A DNA stretch of 64,000 nucleotides from a bacterium. GTDB lineage: Bacteria; Patescibacteriota; Minisyncoccia; Phycocordibacterales; Phycocordibacteraceae. Positions 19,617 to 30,320 of this stretch are shown here, piece after piece (position 1 is the first letter of the stretch; every line of letters starts with the position of its first letter). The translations under genes were made by a program, and so were the position numbers. The notes under the pieces are model-generated. The model searched no databases. It was given only the letters and a program-made list of their open reading frames with translations, and was not told the origin of the DNA. The stretch lies in assembly GCA_027311385.1 (NCBI GenBank), contig DAICZA010000001.1, forward strand, positions 5,271 to 69,270. Direction: 5' to 3'.

Positions 19617-20637
19617 TAAAGAAATCCGCGTACGGCTCGGGGTCTTCCGTCACGATGCCTGCGCCCCGCACGACCGCCGAGAGCGGGTCCGGCGCGACGC
19701 GGACCGGCACGCCGAGCATTTTCGCAAGCACCTGCGGAAGCCCGCGCAAAAGCGCACCGCCGCCGAAGACGGTGACGCCGTGTTGGAGTACGTCGGAGAG
19801 TAATTCCGGCGGTGTTGCTTCAATAACCTCCTTCATTGTGTCCATCAGTGCATCAAGCGAAGGCGCAAGCGCCTCGCGGATGTGCGCGTCGGTCAGTGTG
19901 ATTTCGCGCGGGAGCCCGGTCGCGAAATCGCGCCCGCGGACGCCCCGCGTGAGCGGCTCGGAGAGCGGGACAACGGCGCCAACCGCTATCTTCACATCCT
20001 CGGCGGTACGCTCGCCGATACCGAGCTTGAACTCGCTCCGCACGAAATCAATGATGTTTTCATTAAAACGGTCGCCGGCGACATGCGAACTCTTGGCGGC
20101 GACGACGCCCTTGAGCGCGATGACGGCGATGTCGGTCGTACCGCCGCCGATATCAAGCACCATCGTGCCAACCGCTTCCGTAATCGGAAGTTTCGCGCCG
20201 ATGGCGCCCGCGACCGTCTCCTCCAAGATTATCGCTTCGCGGGCGCCGGCGTTCTTCGCGGCGTCGCGCACCGCGCGGCTCTGCACATTGGTCACGCCGG
20301 TGGGCACGCCGATGACGACGCGCGGGCCGAAGAGCCGTACGCGGCCGTTCTGCGCCTTGTTGATGAGGTAGGTGAGGAACTCTTCCGTCACCTCAAAGTC
20401 GGAGATGACTCCGTGGGATAGCGGGCGGATGGTGCGAATGTGTGCGGGCGTTTTGCCGAGCATCGTCTTCGCCTCCTTCCCGACCGCGACCACTTGATGC
20501 GTCTTGTCATTGACCGCGACCACCGACGGCTCATTGATGACCACGCCCCGCCCGCGCACGTACACGAGCGTATTCGCGGTCCCGAGGTCAATCGCGATGT
20601 CGCTGGAGAAGAGCGCGTTCTTGGAGAAGCGGGGCAT
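19585..20637 (-). CDS. mreB: Rod shape-determining protein MreB
   Basis: IAIDLGTANT, EPSVVA, DIGGGTTD, GGGALL. Confidence 0.93.
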   Translation of the reverse strand: MPRFSKNALFSSDIAIDLGTANTLVYVRGRGVVINEPSVVAVNDKTHQVVAVGKEAKTMLGKTPAHIRTIRPLSHGVISDFEVTEEFLTYLINKAQNGRVRLFGPRVVIGVPTGVTNVQSRAVRDAAKNAGAREAIILEETVAGAIGAKLPITEAVGTMVLDIGGGTTDIAVIALKGVVAAKSSHVAGDRFNENIIDFVRSEFKLGIGERTAEDVKIAVGAVVPLSEPLTRGVRGRDFATGLPREITLTDAHIREALAPSLDALMDTMKEVIEATPPELLSDVLQHGVTVFGGGALLRGLPQVLAKMLGVPVRVAPDPLSAVVRGAGIVTEDPEPYADFFIDEEDILNEA

Positions 20638-20640
20638 ACC

Positions 20641-21887
<1,247 letters not shown>

Positions 21888-21888
<1 letters not shown>

Positions 21889-21989
21889 CCCGTTAGAAGT
21901 CTTACTCATAGTCAAAAGTTATTACCGCGAATGTTTGCGTCGAAAGACCCTCGTTAGGTACTTGCCCTGGCCGCGGACTTCTAACGGGA
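21888..21989 (-). mobile_element. Start-codon insertion element E3 (102 bp) at proS
   Basis: TIR TCCCGTTAGAAGT/ACTTCTAACGGGA; duplication CTCA at 21884-87 and 21990-93; original ATG at 21994. Confidence 0.85.
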
Positions 21990-22032
21990 CTCATGCGCCA
22001 CAGTATACGCCACCCTGCCAACTCGGCAAAAG

Positions 22033-23121
22033 CTATCCGACTATCTTAAAGATGTCGTGGGCGGTCACGACGACCATGAGGAGGATGAGGAAAACGAAGC
22101 CGACCATATTAAGGGATTGGGCGATGCGCGGCTTGATGGGGCGGCGGATGACGCTTTCAATGATGACGAAGAGGAGCCGGCCGCCGTCCAAGGCCGGAAT
22201 GGGGATGAGGTTGATGAGCGCGAGGTTGATGGAAATGAGCGCCATAATGGAGAGCAAGTCGCCGAAGCCCTGCGCCGAAGCACTCCCGACGACGCCCGCG
22301 ATGCCGACGGGACCCGAAACCTGCGAGAGATTCGCGGTAAGGGTGAAAACGCCGGAGAAGAAATGCCAGAGTCCCGCCGCAGTCAGCGCTGTGGCGCTCC
22401 ACGTGAGCGCCGCGCCCTCGGTGAGCGCCGTCCCGAGCGAGAGCGGCACGACGCCTACCGTCGCGACATCCACGCCGAGCGCATAGCGAAACGGGTCGTT
22501 GGGCACGACGCCTTCCGCGGGCGTCGCGGTTATCGTTTGCGGCTGTCCATTGCGCAACACCTCAAGCGTGATGGTCTCCCCGCCGCTCTGCGAGATAAAT
22601 GTGGTAAAGCTCGCGGGGTCGGTCGCACTCCACTGCCCTGCCGCGTCCGTTGCCCTCACAATGGCGTCGCCCGGGAGGAGTCCGGCGGAAGCGGCCGGCG
22701 AACCGGGAAGAATGTCCGCCGCCATAAGCTGCAGATTCTGCGCGTGCGGGAGCTCGTTCGCTGATAATGCACGCGGTGTGCCGGCGACCAGCGCGCCCGT
22801 GATGAGCACGTACGCAAAGAGGAGGTTCATCGCGATGCCGGCCACGAGCACGAGCGCCTGCAGGATGTGCGGACGCCGCGAGAACGCGCGCGGGCCGGTC
22901 GCGTCATTATCTTCGCCATAAATCTTCACGAAGCCGCCAAACGGCAGCCAGTTGAGCGTATAGGTCGTCTCGCCTATCTTTCCGAGCACGGCCGCGCGCG
23001 GCGGATAGCCGAGCCCGAATTCATCCACGCGCATACCCGAGAGCTTCGCTACGACGAAGTGCCCGAACTCGTGCACCACGATGAGCGCGACGATGACCGC
23101 GATGAAAATAACAACGCTCAT
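22033..23121 (-). CDS. rseP: RIP metalloprotease RseP (M50, PDZ)
   Basis: HEFGH, PDZ domain, NLIPIPALDGG. Confidence 0.93.
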   Translation of the reverse strand: MSVVIFIAVIVALIVVHEFGHFVVAKLSGMRVDEFGLGYPPRAAVLGKIGETTYTLNWLPFGGFVKIYGEDNDATGPRAFSRRPHILQALVLVAGIAMNLLFAYVLITGALVAGTPRALSANELPHAQNLQLMAADILPGSPAASAGLLPGDAIVRATDAAGQWSATDPASFTTFISQSGGETITLEVLRNGQPQTITATPAEGVVPNDPFRYALGVDVATVGVVPLSLGTALTEGAALTWSATALTAAGLWHFFSGVFTLTANLSQVSGPVGIAGVVGSASAQGFGDLLSIMALISINLALINLIPIPALDGGRLLFVIIESVIRRPIKPRIAQSLNMVGFVFLILLMVVVTAHDIFKIVG

Positions 23122-23669
23122 TGGGCGATTTCTTCTTCTTTCCGTTCCAGAGTCTTCAACAGCGCCTCGTTGCCCGCGTCAATGAGTTTCTGTATCTCGC
23201 CTTTCAACCGTTTTACTTCGTCTTCGCCCATGCCGCCGGCCTTTTCCGCCGCTTCAAGCGCTTTCAAGGCGTCGGTGCGGTGCGCGCGGAGCGTGACCTT
23301 CGCTTGTTCGGTCTTATCGCCCGCAATCTTTGAGAGTTGAGTGCGCCGCTCGCTGGTCAGCTCCGGGAACGAGATGCGCAGACCCTGGTCGTCGGTAGAA
23401 ACGCCGACGCCGAGATTCGCGTCGGTAATACCCTTCTCTATCGCTTTCAGGAGCCCTTTGTCCCACGGGATGACGCGGAGCGTGCGCGCGTCCTCTACCG
23501 ATACGCTCCCGAGCTCGCGAAGCGCCGTGCGCGTGCCGTAAGCCTCGGGCTTCACGCCGTCAAGCAATGTGGGCGTCGCACGGCCGGTGCGCACACCGGA
23601 GAGCTCGCGCGCGAGCCATTCCTCGGTCTCTTTAATCTGCTCGTTTAATTTTGAAAAGTCGTAGGCCAT
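23118..23669 (-). CDS. frr: Ribosome recycling factor
   Basis: GVRTGRATPTLLD, PELTSERR. Confidence 0.95.
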   Translation of the reverse strand: MAYDFSKLNEQIKETEEWLARELSGVRTGRATPTLLDGVKPEAYGTRTALRELGSVSVEDARTLRVIPWDKGLLKAIEKGITDANLGVGVSTDDQGLRISFPELTSERRTQLSKIAGDKTEQAKVTLRAHRTDALKALEAAEKAGGMGEDEVKRLKGEIQKLIDAGNEALLKTLERKEEEIAQ

Positions 23670-23676
23670 ACCTCCA

Positions 23677-24384
23677 TCATACCAAATCCTTCGGCATAAC
23701 CAGCGAAAGATGCTCCAGAATCATCCGGACCGGCGCACTGCGGTCGTGGAGACTGCTCCGCAGGAGCGCGATGTCGGACAGGAGCGCGGCGGCTCCGCCG
23801 CCGCGCGTGAGCTTCGCGTATGCCGCCGCCTCAATGCCGTTGACGATTGCGAGCGCCTCCTCGCGGTTCTCACGCCGTTCTTCCTCGTCTTTCCCACTCG
23901 TGAGTTTCTTAATGAGCGCGCTCCGTTTCTCTTTGCTCGCTTTCATAAATGCTTCCGCCGCTTCAGGTATCGCCCTCTTTGGCCGGCCGGATACGGATAG
24001 TGAGATTTCTTGAACGCGGGAACGGAGCGTCGGGAGCAATCCGCCCAGGGTCGGCATAACGAGAAACAGGTATGCGCCTTCCGGCGGCTCCTCAAAGAGT
24101 TTCAGAAGCGCGTTCTGCGCTTCGTGATACGTACGGGAAGCCGCGATGATGATGACTTTCGTATCGCCGGCAAATGCGACCCCCGCGGCAAGTTCAGAAA
24201 CTCGCCGCGCATCCTCCACCGACAGGAGTCCGTACCGGAGCACGATGACATCCGGGTTCCCCTGCGCCCGCATCCCCAGCTCTTTCTCCGCCCACGCCTG
24301 CGCGGTTTTAATTCCCTCCTCCGCTTCCGCTTCAATGACAAATGCGTGGTGCCGAAGGTCCTGAGCAGAAGCGAAGGGCTGCAT
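23677..24384 (-). CDS. holB: DNA polymerase III delta' subunit-like
   Basis: EAQNALLKLFEEPP...LLPTLRSR. Confidence 0.8.
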   Translation of the reverse strand: MQPFASAQDLRHHAFVIEAEAEEGIKTAQAWAEKELGMRAQGNPDVIVLRYGLLSVEDARRVSELAAGVAFAGDTKVIIIAASRTYHEAQNALLKLFEEPPEGAYLFLVMPTLGGLLPTLRSRVQEISLSVSGRPKRAIPEAAEAFMKASKEKRSALIKKLTSGKDEEERRENREEALAIVNGIEAAAYAKLTRGGGAAALLSDIALLRSSLHDRSAPVRMILEHLSLVMPKDLV

Positions 24385-24439
24385 GAGGTGATTATACCGC
24401 GAAGCGAGCAATACCATTTTGGAAGCTCTCGGAGGCGAA

Positions 24440-24549
24440 GCGAAAAGGCCGCAGATGCAAGGCGCGGACGAGGAGCGGAGCGAGCCGTACTAAAACGGTA
24501 CGGTGAGCGAGCGCCGGAGCCCGCAACGCAGCAGGTGTGACCTTTTCGC
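24440..24549. repeat. Intergenic long imperfect hairpin (MITE-like)
   Basis: GCGAAAAGG/CCTTTTCGC ends; internal CCGTAC/GTACGG stem. Confidence 0.5.
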
Positions 24550-24553
24550 GAGA

Positions 24554-25579
24554 CTATTGTTTCGCCAAAATACTTTTCTGGTACGTATCCAAATGCTTCA
24601 GTGCGATGCCGGTGCCCCGCGAGACGCAGTAGTACGGGTCGTTCGCGAGCTTGGCGACGACGCCGGTGCGGCGGTAGACAAGCTCGGGCATCTGGCGGAG
24701 CTGAGACGAGCCGCCGGTGAGGATGATGCCGTTATCAATGATGTCGGCGGCGAGCTCTGGCGGCGTGTCCTGGAGCACCTTGCGGATGGCCTGCGTCATC
24801 TCGCGCAATTCGCGTGACATCGCCTGCACGAGGTCGTTCGTGGAAAGGTCCACCGTGCGCGGGAGCCCGCTTAAGAGGTCGCGCCCTTTAACCGGCAGGG
24901 AGAGCTCTTCGTTCATCGGCACCGCCGAACCGACTTTTATCTTCACTTCTTCGGCGGTCTTGTCGCCGATGGCGAGATTGTGCGCCTTCTTCACGTGGTC
25001 AATGATGGCGCGGTCCAGCCGGTCGCCGGCGCACTTCACGCTCGTAGACGCGACGATGCCGCCGAGCGAAATCACGGCGACGTCAATCGTCCCGCCGCCG
25101 ATGTCTGCGATCATACGCCCCATCGGCTCGTGGATGGAGATGCCGGCGCCGATGGCGGCGAGAATCGGCTCCTTCACCACGTACGCATTCTTCGCGCCCG
25201 CTTTCAGCGTCGCTTCAATGACCGCGCGCTTCTCGGTGGACGTCACGCCCGCCGGCACCGACACCAGCACCGTCGGCTTGAACGGGTTCCCTTTGAGCGC
25301 CTTGCGTATGAAATAGCGGAGCATCGCTTCGGTGACGCGGTAGTCCGCGATGACGCCGTCCTTCATCGGGCGGTACGCGATGATGTCGTCCGGCGTCCGG
25401 CCGACCATCTGCTTGGCCTCCGCGCCGATGGCGAGAATTTTGTTGCCGCCGTGCTTACCGTGCGCCTTGCCCACCGCCACCACCGACGGCTCGTTGATGA
25501 CGACGCCTTTCCCGGGCACGAAAACCAGGACATTCGTGGTGCCGAGGTCAATGCCGAGTTTGGGAGAAAAGAAGGACAT
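24554..25579 (-). CDS. mreB: Second MreB/Mbl actin homologue
   Basis: LGIDLGTTN, EPSVVA, RPMKDGVIADY, DIGGGT, LTGGSS. Confidence 0.9.
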   Translation of the reverse strand: MSFFSPKLGIDLGTTNVLVFVPGKGVVINEPSVVAVGKAHGKHGGNKILAIGAEAKQMVGRTPDDIIAYRPMKDGVIADYRVTEAMLRYFIRKALKGNPFKPTVLVSVPAGVTSTEKRAVIEATLKAGAKNAYVVKEPILAAIGAGISIHEPMGRMIADIGGGTIDVAVISLGGIVASTSVKCAGDRLDRAIIDHVKKAHNLAIGDKTAEEVKIKVGSAVPMNEELSLPVKGRDLLSGLPRTVDLSTNDLVQAMSRELREMTQAIRKVLQDTPPELAADIIDNGIILTGGSSQLRQMPELVYRRTGVVAKLANDPYYCVSRGTGIALKHLDTYQKSILAKQ

Positions 25580-25645
25580 ACCGCCTATAGTATCGCCCCT
25601 CGTGTCCCCATGCAAAGTTTTCTCGCAAGATGGTACGATGGCCGT

Positions 25646-26956
25646 ATGCAAGGAGAGATGAATTTCGTCATTGACGGCGGTAGGCCGCTTTCGGGCACGG
25701 TGGAAACGAGCCGCTCCAAGAACGGCGCCGTCGCGCTTCTCGCCGCTTCGCTCCTCAACAAAGGCCGCACGACGCTCCACCGCGTGCCGAAAATAGAAGA
25801 AGTGAACCGGCTCATTGAGGTGCTTCGCTCAATCGGGGTCGGCGTTGAATGGGAGGGCTCAAGTCTCGTCATCACGCCATCCGAAAAAATCGACGTCGGC
25901 CTCATTGACCGAGCGGCGGCAACCAAAACACGCAGTATCCTGATGTTCATCGGCCCTTTGATTCACTTGTTTAACGATTTTGAATTGCCGCAGTCGGGCG
26001 GCTGTACGCTCGGCCTGCGCTCCATCCGCCAGCACCTATGGGTGCTGGAGAAGTTTGGCGTCACCATAGAGACGCTAACCGACCGCTACCACATCCGTCA
26101 TGACGGGCTCAAAAGCGCGACGGCGATTCTCTACGAGGCGAGCGACACCGCGACCGAAAACGCGTTGTTCGCCGCCGCAAAAATCCCCGGCACGTCCGTC
26201 ATTAAATACGCATCCGCCAATTACCAGGTGCAGGAGGTGTGCGGCTTCCTGCGGGCGCTCGGCGTGAAGATTGGGGGCGTCGGCACCAGCACGCTAACCG
26301 TCACGGGCGTCAAAGACATTAATCAAGACATTGCATACTCAGTGGCCGAGGACCCGACCGACTCGATGTTTTTCATCACCGCCGCCATCGCGACCAAAAG
26401 CGCGCTCACCATCACGAAGGCGCCGATTGAATTCCTGGAAGTGGAACTGTTCGTACTTGAGAAAATGGGCCTGCAATTCTCCGTTACCGACGCGGGCGTT
26501 TCAGAAAACGGCATCACCAAACTTGCCGACATCCACATCAGGCCGTCGGAACTGGTCGCCTTCCCGGAAAAAATCCACGCGCGCCCCTACCCCGCGCTCA
26601 ACATTGATAACCTGCCGTTCTTCGCCGTCATCGCCACCCAGGCGCAGGGGACGACGCTCATCCACGACTGGTCGTACGAGAAGCGCGCGATTTATTACAC
26701 CGAACTGGACCGCCTCGGCGCCATCACCAACCTCCACGATCCGCACCGCATTTCCATCGAGGGGCGCCGCGAGCTTAAAGCTGCCGAGGTCATCTGCCCG
26801 CCCGCGCTCCGGCCCGCGACCATCATCCTCGTCGCAATGCTTGGCGCAAAAGGCCGCTCCATGCTCCGAAATGTGTACAGCATCAACCGCGGCTACGAGA
26901 ACATCGTCCGCCGCCTGCAGGAACTCGGCGCGTCCATTGAGGCGCACACGGGCTAA
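25646..26956 (+). CDS. murA: UDP-N-acetylglucosamine 1-carboxyvinyltransferase
   Basis: SKNGAVALLAA, SGGCTLGLR (catalytic Cys), INRGYE. Confidence 0.92.
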   Translation: MQGEMNFVIDGGRPLSGTVETSRSKNGAVALLAASLLNKGRTTLHRVPKIEEVNRLIEVLRSIGVGVEWEGSSLVITPSEKIDVGLIDRAAATKTRSILMFIGPLIHLFNDFELPQSGGCTLGLRSIRQHLWVLEKFGVTIETLTDRYHIRHDGLKSATAILYEASDTATENALFAAAKIPGTSVIKYASANYQVQEVCGFLRALGVKIGGVGTSTLTVTGVKDINQDIAYSVAEDPTDSMFFITAAIATKSALTITKAPIEFLEVELFVLEKMGLQFSVTDAGVSENGITKLADIHIRPSELVAFPEKIHARPYPALNIDNLPFFAVIATQAQGTTLIHDWSYEKRAIYYTELDRLGAITNLHDPHRISIEGRRELKAAEVICPPALRPATIILVAMLGAKGRSMLRNVYSINRGYENIVRRLQELGASIEAHTG

Positions 26957-26967
26957 CCGCGCCGACT

Positions 26968-27261
26968 ATGAAATCAATCCGCGACATTCTCCCCGAGTTT
27001 GAGAAAAAAGCGGCGGCGGCACCGAAGGGACGGAAGCGCCAGACCGAGCGCGGCGAGCTGATGCGGTTTTTCCTGCGCCACTTGAACTACTCCCGCAAAC
27101 AGGACGGCCTCCCGCCGATGACGATGGCGCACCTCGGCACCGTGCTGGAGCAAATCCCGACACAGGACTTGTACTATCTGAAAAGCGTCTGCAGTCAGGC
27201 GAAAAACTTCGGCAAAAAGTTCTGGTGGGAACTGGATCCGGCCAAGCACCCGCCGCGCTGA
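26968..27261 (+). CDS. Hypothetical protein
   Basis: 97-aa ORF co-oriented with murA. Confidence 0.6.
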   Translation: MKSIRDILPEFEKKAAAAPKGRKRQTERGELMRFFLRHLNYSRKQDGLPPMTMAHLGTVLEQIPTQDLYYLKSVCSQAKNFGKKFWWELDPAKHPPR

Positions 27262-27287
27262 TTTTTTGGTATACTCCGCCACATGAA

Positions 27288-27405
27288 TCCCGTTAGAGAT
27301 AGCGGGCACGGCTCGCAGGGTCGATTACCTGCCGTTATTACCAATGATAACCTCGATAGGTGTTCGCGGCGTACTTTATACGCTCGTACCCTATCTCTAA
27401 CGGGA
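27288..27405 (+). mobile_element. Start-codon insertion element E4 (118 bp) at def
   Basis: TIR TCCCGTTAGAGATAG/CTATCTCTAACGGGA; duplication TGAA at 27284-87 and 27406-09; original ATG at 27283. Confidence 0.88.
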
Positions 27406-27944
27406 TGAAAGACATCGTACAAGACGGGGCGGAGGTGTTGCGGGATATCGCGAAGCCGGTGCCGGAGGAGCTGTTCGGCTCCGCGGAACTCGCGACGCTT
27501 ATCGCGGATATGACCAAAGCACTTGATAAGGAGCTTGAGGGCGTCGCGCTCGCCGCGCCGCAGGTTGGTGTGTCCTACCGTCTCTTCATCGTGCGGAAAG
27601 ACCGCACCCTGCCTCCCCCGCCGGAAGCTACGGAAGGTGCCGCGCTACCGCCCCCGCCGCCGCCCGAAGTGGAGGTGTACATCAATCCCGAAATCGTAAA
27701 GACCTCCCGCAAACGCGCCCGCGCCGACGAAGGGTGCCTCTCGGTGCGCGGCGTCTACGGCACGACGAATCGGCACGAACGCGTCACCATCCGCGCACGC
27801 CGCCCGGACGGTTCCCGAATTGAACGCGGCGCCGGCGGCTTGATGGCGCAGATATTTGAGCACGAGATAGACCACTTAAACGGCATTCTCTTCATTGACC
27901 ACGCCGAGCACCTCATCCAGATCCACCATGCCGCAACCGCATAA
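27405..27944 (+). CDS. def: Peptide deformylase; start codon rebuilt by E4
   Basis: GVALAAPQVG, EGCLS, HEIDHLNG. Confidence 0.96.
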   Translation: MKDIVQDGAEVLRDIAKPVPEELFGSAELATLIADMTKALDKELEGVALAAPQVGVSYRLFIVRKDRTLPPPPEATEGAALPPPPPPEVEVYINPEIVKTSRKRARADEGCLSVRGVYGTTNRHERVTIRARRPDGSRIERGAGGLMAQIFEHEIDHLNGILFIDHAEHLIQIHHAATA

Positions 27945-28752
27945 GTTTGTATTTTTCGGGACACCGAAAGTTGCGAGCGAGACGCTCGCGACGCTTCTCG
28001 CGCGCGAGTTCGTTCCCGCACTCGTGGTGACGTCGCCGGACGCGCCGCAAGGGCGCGGCCTCGCACTGACTCCCTCGCCGGTTCGGGTGCTGGCCGAGGA
28101 GCACACCATCCCCGTTCTCACACCGGAGACCCTTGGTGCCGAGACGATTTCCGCCATCCGCGCGCACGGGTGCGACTACGCCGTCGTCGTCGCGTACGGA
28201 AAAATATTCCCGGAAGAACTCATTTCAGTATTCCCGAAAGGCGTCCTCAACGTGCACTATTCGCTCCTGCCGAAATACCGCGGCGCGACACCGCTTGAAG
28301 CCGCATTGCTCGCGGGCGAGCGCGAAACCGGCGTGACCGTCCAGAAAATGGCGCGGGAACTGGACGCGGGCGACATCGTCGCACAGGAAGCGACGCCTAT
28401 CGCGCCGGACGAGACCGCCCGCGAGCTGCGGCCCCGGCTCATCGCACTCGGCGCACAATTACTTGCCGACACGCTCCCCGCATTTGAGCGGGGTGACCTC
28501 GCCCCGACAGTGCAAGACGCGTCGCGCGCGACGCACTCGCACAAATTAAAAAAAGAAGACGGTCTTCTTGAACTCAGCGCGCCCGCCGAGGAGAACTGGA
28601 ACAAGTACCGCGCCTACGCCGACAGCATCGGCACGTATTTCTTTGAAAACGGGAAGCGGATGAAAATAACGAGTGCGGAATTCGCCCAGGGTGTTTTCCG
28701 CGTCCTGCGCGTCATCCCCGAAGGGAAAAAAGAAACCGCGTACCGCGCCTAG
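27928..28752 (+). CDS. fmt: Methionyl-tRNA formyltransferase
   Basis: FFGTP, VVAYG, NVHYSLLPKYRGATP, LDAGD. Confidence 0.95.
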   Translation: MPQPHKFVFFGTPKVASETLATLLAREFVPALVVTSPDAPQGRGLALTPSPVRVLAEEHTIPVLTPETLGAETISAIRAHGCDYAVVVAYGKIFPEELISVFPKGVLNVHYSLLPKYRGATPLEAALLAGERETGVTVQKMARELDAGDIVAQEATPIAPDETARELRPRLIALGAQLLADTLPAFERGDLAPTVQDASRATHSHKLKKEDGLLELSAPAEENWNKYRAYADSIGTYFFENGKRMKITSAEFAQGVFRVLRVIPEGKKETAYRA

Positions 28753-29111
28753 CGGTCGCGGCGGAGCATATTCTTAATTGCGGAGCTGCCGCGCTTCCAG
28801 AGCCGGCGCGTGCGCCCGCGCGAGCGCCGTATCTCCGCCTCCAGCTGGCTCCTGACCCGGTCGGCGGCGCTCTCGGGAGTCGGCTTCACCGCCTCGGCAT
28901 GGAATACCGTGTCATTGATGACGAGCCGTGCGACGAGACGGCACGGCTCCGACGAGCGCCCCTCCGGCGGCGCTTCCTCCACTTCTATTTCAAGCAATGC
29001 ATTCTCCTTCTCGTCGCCGAGCAGGCGCAGCGGGGCCGCGAGCTTCTCCTCTACCAATGCTTCCGTCTCAGGCGAGAGGTGATACTTCGTTGCTTTGATA
29101 GTGATGTTCAT
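28749..29111 (-). CDS. HPF/RaiA family ribosome-associated protein; start codon rebuilt by E5
   Basis: MNITIKATKYHLSPE..LVEEKL...AADRVRSQLEAEIRR pattern. Confidence 0.75.
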   Translation of the reverse strand: MNITIKATKYHLSPETEALVEEKLAAPLRLLGDEKENALLEIEVEEAPPEGRSSEPCRLVARLVINDTVFHAEAVKPTPESAADRVRSQLEAEIRRSRGRTRRLWKRGSSAIKNMLRRDR

Positions 29112-29227
29112 CCCGTTAGAGGTAGGAAATCGGAGATTTCCGTACGATTATTGATAATGGTTTTCACCCACTGTCACATAGTTTACCACAAGACCTTAAT
29201 TACCCAAGGTTTTGACCTCTAACGGGA
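29111..29227 (-). mobile_element. Start-codon insertion element E5 (117 bp) at the HPF/RaiA gene
   Basis: TIR TCCCGTTAGAGGT/ACCTCTAACGGGA; duplication TTCA at 29107-10 and 29228-31. Confidence 0.85.
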
Positions 29228-29242
29228 TTCATAGGCAGGAGG

Positions 29243-29461
29243 TCAGCTACTAATGCTTACCATCTTAGCCCGAGAATGATGTCCTGTCAGTATGCGCACT
29301 GCGCCAACCGGCTTCCCGACGCGGAGCGCGACGAGCTCGCGCACGCGGGTGTTCGCGCGGTTCTGCGCTGCCGGCTCGCGGACCGCTATGAGGAGGGTCT
29401 CGCCTTTTTCTTCCACCCTCTCGCGCTTCGCGCCCGGTGTGACGAAGATTTTTATAAACAT
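29243..29461 (-). CDS. DUF167 (YggU-like) protein; start codon rebuilt by E6
   Basis: IFVTPGAK...VREPAAQNRAN...ILTGHHSRAK. Confidence 0.85.
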   Translation of the reverse strand: MFIKIFVTPGAKRERVEEKGETLLIAVREPAAQNRANTRVRELVALRVGKPVGAVRILTGHHSRAKMVSISS

Positions 29462-29577
29462 CCCGTTAGAGACAGGGTACGGAATCTCCCTGTACGGCCG
29501 TCTTATTCGGCTTCGCACTCGACCTTATGAATATATGCATGGTGTCCATATTACCGTACTCGCTGTCTCTAACGGGA
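29461..29577 (-). mobile_element. Start-codon insertion element E6 (117 bp) at the DUF167 gene
   Basis: TIR TCCCGTTAGAGACAG/CTGTCTCTAACGGGA; duplication AACA at 29457-60 and 29578-81; original ATG (29582) overlaps the glutaredoxin TAA. Confidence 0.88.
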
Positions 29578-29581
29578 AACA

Positions 29582-29821
29582 TTACTGCGGCGCGTACTGC
29601 TCGCGCAGGTAGGCGTCAATGTCTGCCGACTCATACATCTCTACGCCGCGCTCGCTATCCACGAGGTACGGCACCTGGCGCTTGCCACCGCGGGCGACCA
29701 GCTCCGCCGCAACCGCGTCGTCCGCAATATTCTTCTCATCAAACGTGAGCCCGAGCTCCGCGCCGGTATCCAGCACCTTGTGGCAGAACGGGCATCCGGT
29801 TTTTACATACAGTGTCAGCAT
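29582..29821 (-). CDS. Glutaredoxin family protein
   Basis: CPFC, GGKRQVPYL, MYESADI. Confidence 0.9.
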   Translation of the reverse strand: MLTLYVKTGCPFCHKVLDTGAELGLTFDEKNIADDAVAAELVARGGKRQVPYLVDSERGVEMYESADIDAYLREQYAPQ

Positions 29822-29833
29822 AGTGAATGAGGA

Positions 29834-30316
29834 TTAGGGTCTCGCATACCGACCGACCAGTTCCGTTTCGGCAAGAAGAAGCGGCGCGAGCGCGTCCAGC
29901 ACCTGCCGTTTCGTCGGCGGTTCATTGAACGAGAGCATGCTCGAAAGCGCGTAAAGTTTGAAGAAGTAGCGGTGCTCGCGCGGCTCGTGCTCGGGCGGCG
30001 GGCACGGACCCACGTAGTGCGGCTCGCCTCTCGTGGTGAGCCCGGACGTGCCTGTCGTCCCGCCCTCGGGAATCCCGGCCGTATCGGCGGGAATGTTGTA
30101 GAGCGTCCAGTGGTCAAACACGTCAATGCCGAACTTCTCCTTCGCGAACTGCGGAATGTCGGGGTCGTCCATAACGAGCACGAACGATTTCGTCCCCTCC
30201 GGCGCACCGCTCCACGCCAAGGGCGGCGAGAGCTCGCCATCGCCGTCGCAGGTGTATTTCGCGGGTATCATCCCGTCGTGCTCAAATGCCGGGCTGGTAA
30301 GGGTGAACGTTTCCAT
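29834..30316 (-). CDS. YbhB/YbcL (PEBP) family protein
   Basis: YTCDG..SPPLAW, MDDPD, HW, YVGPCPP, HRYFFKLYAL. Confidence 0.92.
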   Translation of the reverse strand: METFTLTSPAFEHDGMIPAKYTCDGDGELSPPLAWSGAPEGTKSFVLVMDDPDIPQFAKEKFGIDVFDHWTLYNIPADTAGIPEGGTTGTSGLTTRGEPHYVGPCPPPEHEPREHRYFFKLYALSSMLSFNEPPTKRQVLDALAPLLLAETELVGRYARP

Positions 30317-30320
30317 AGGA

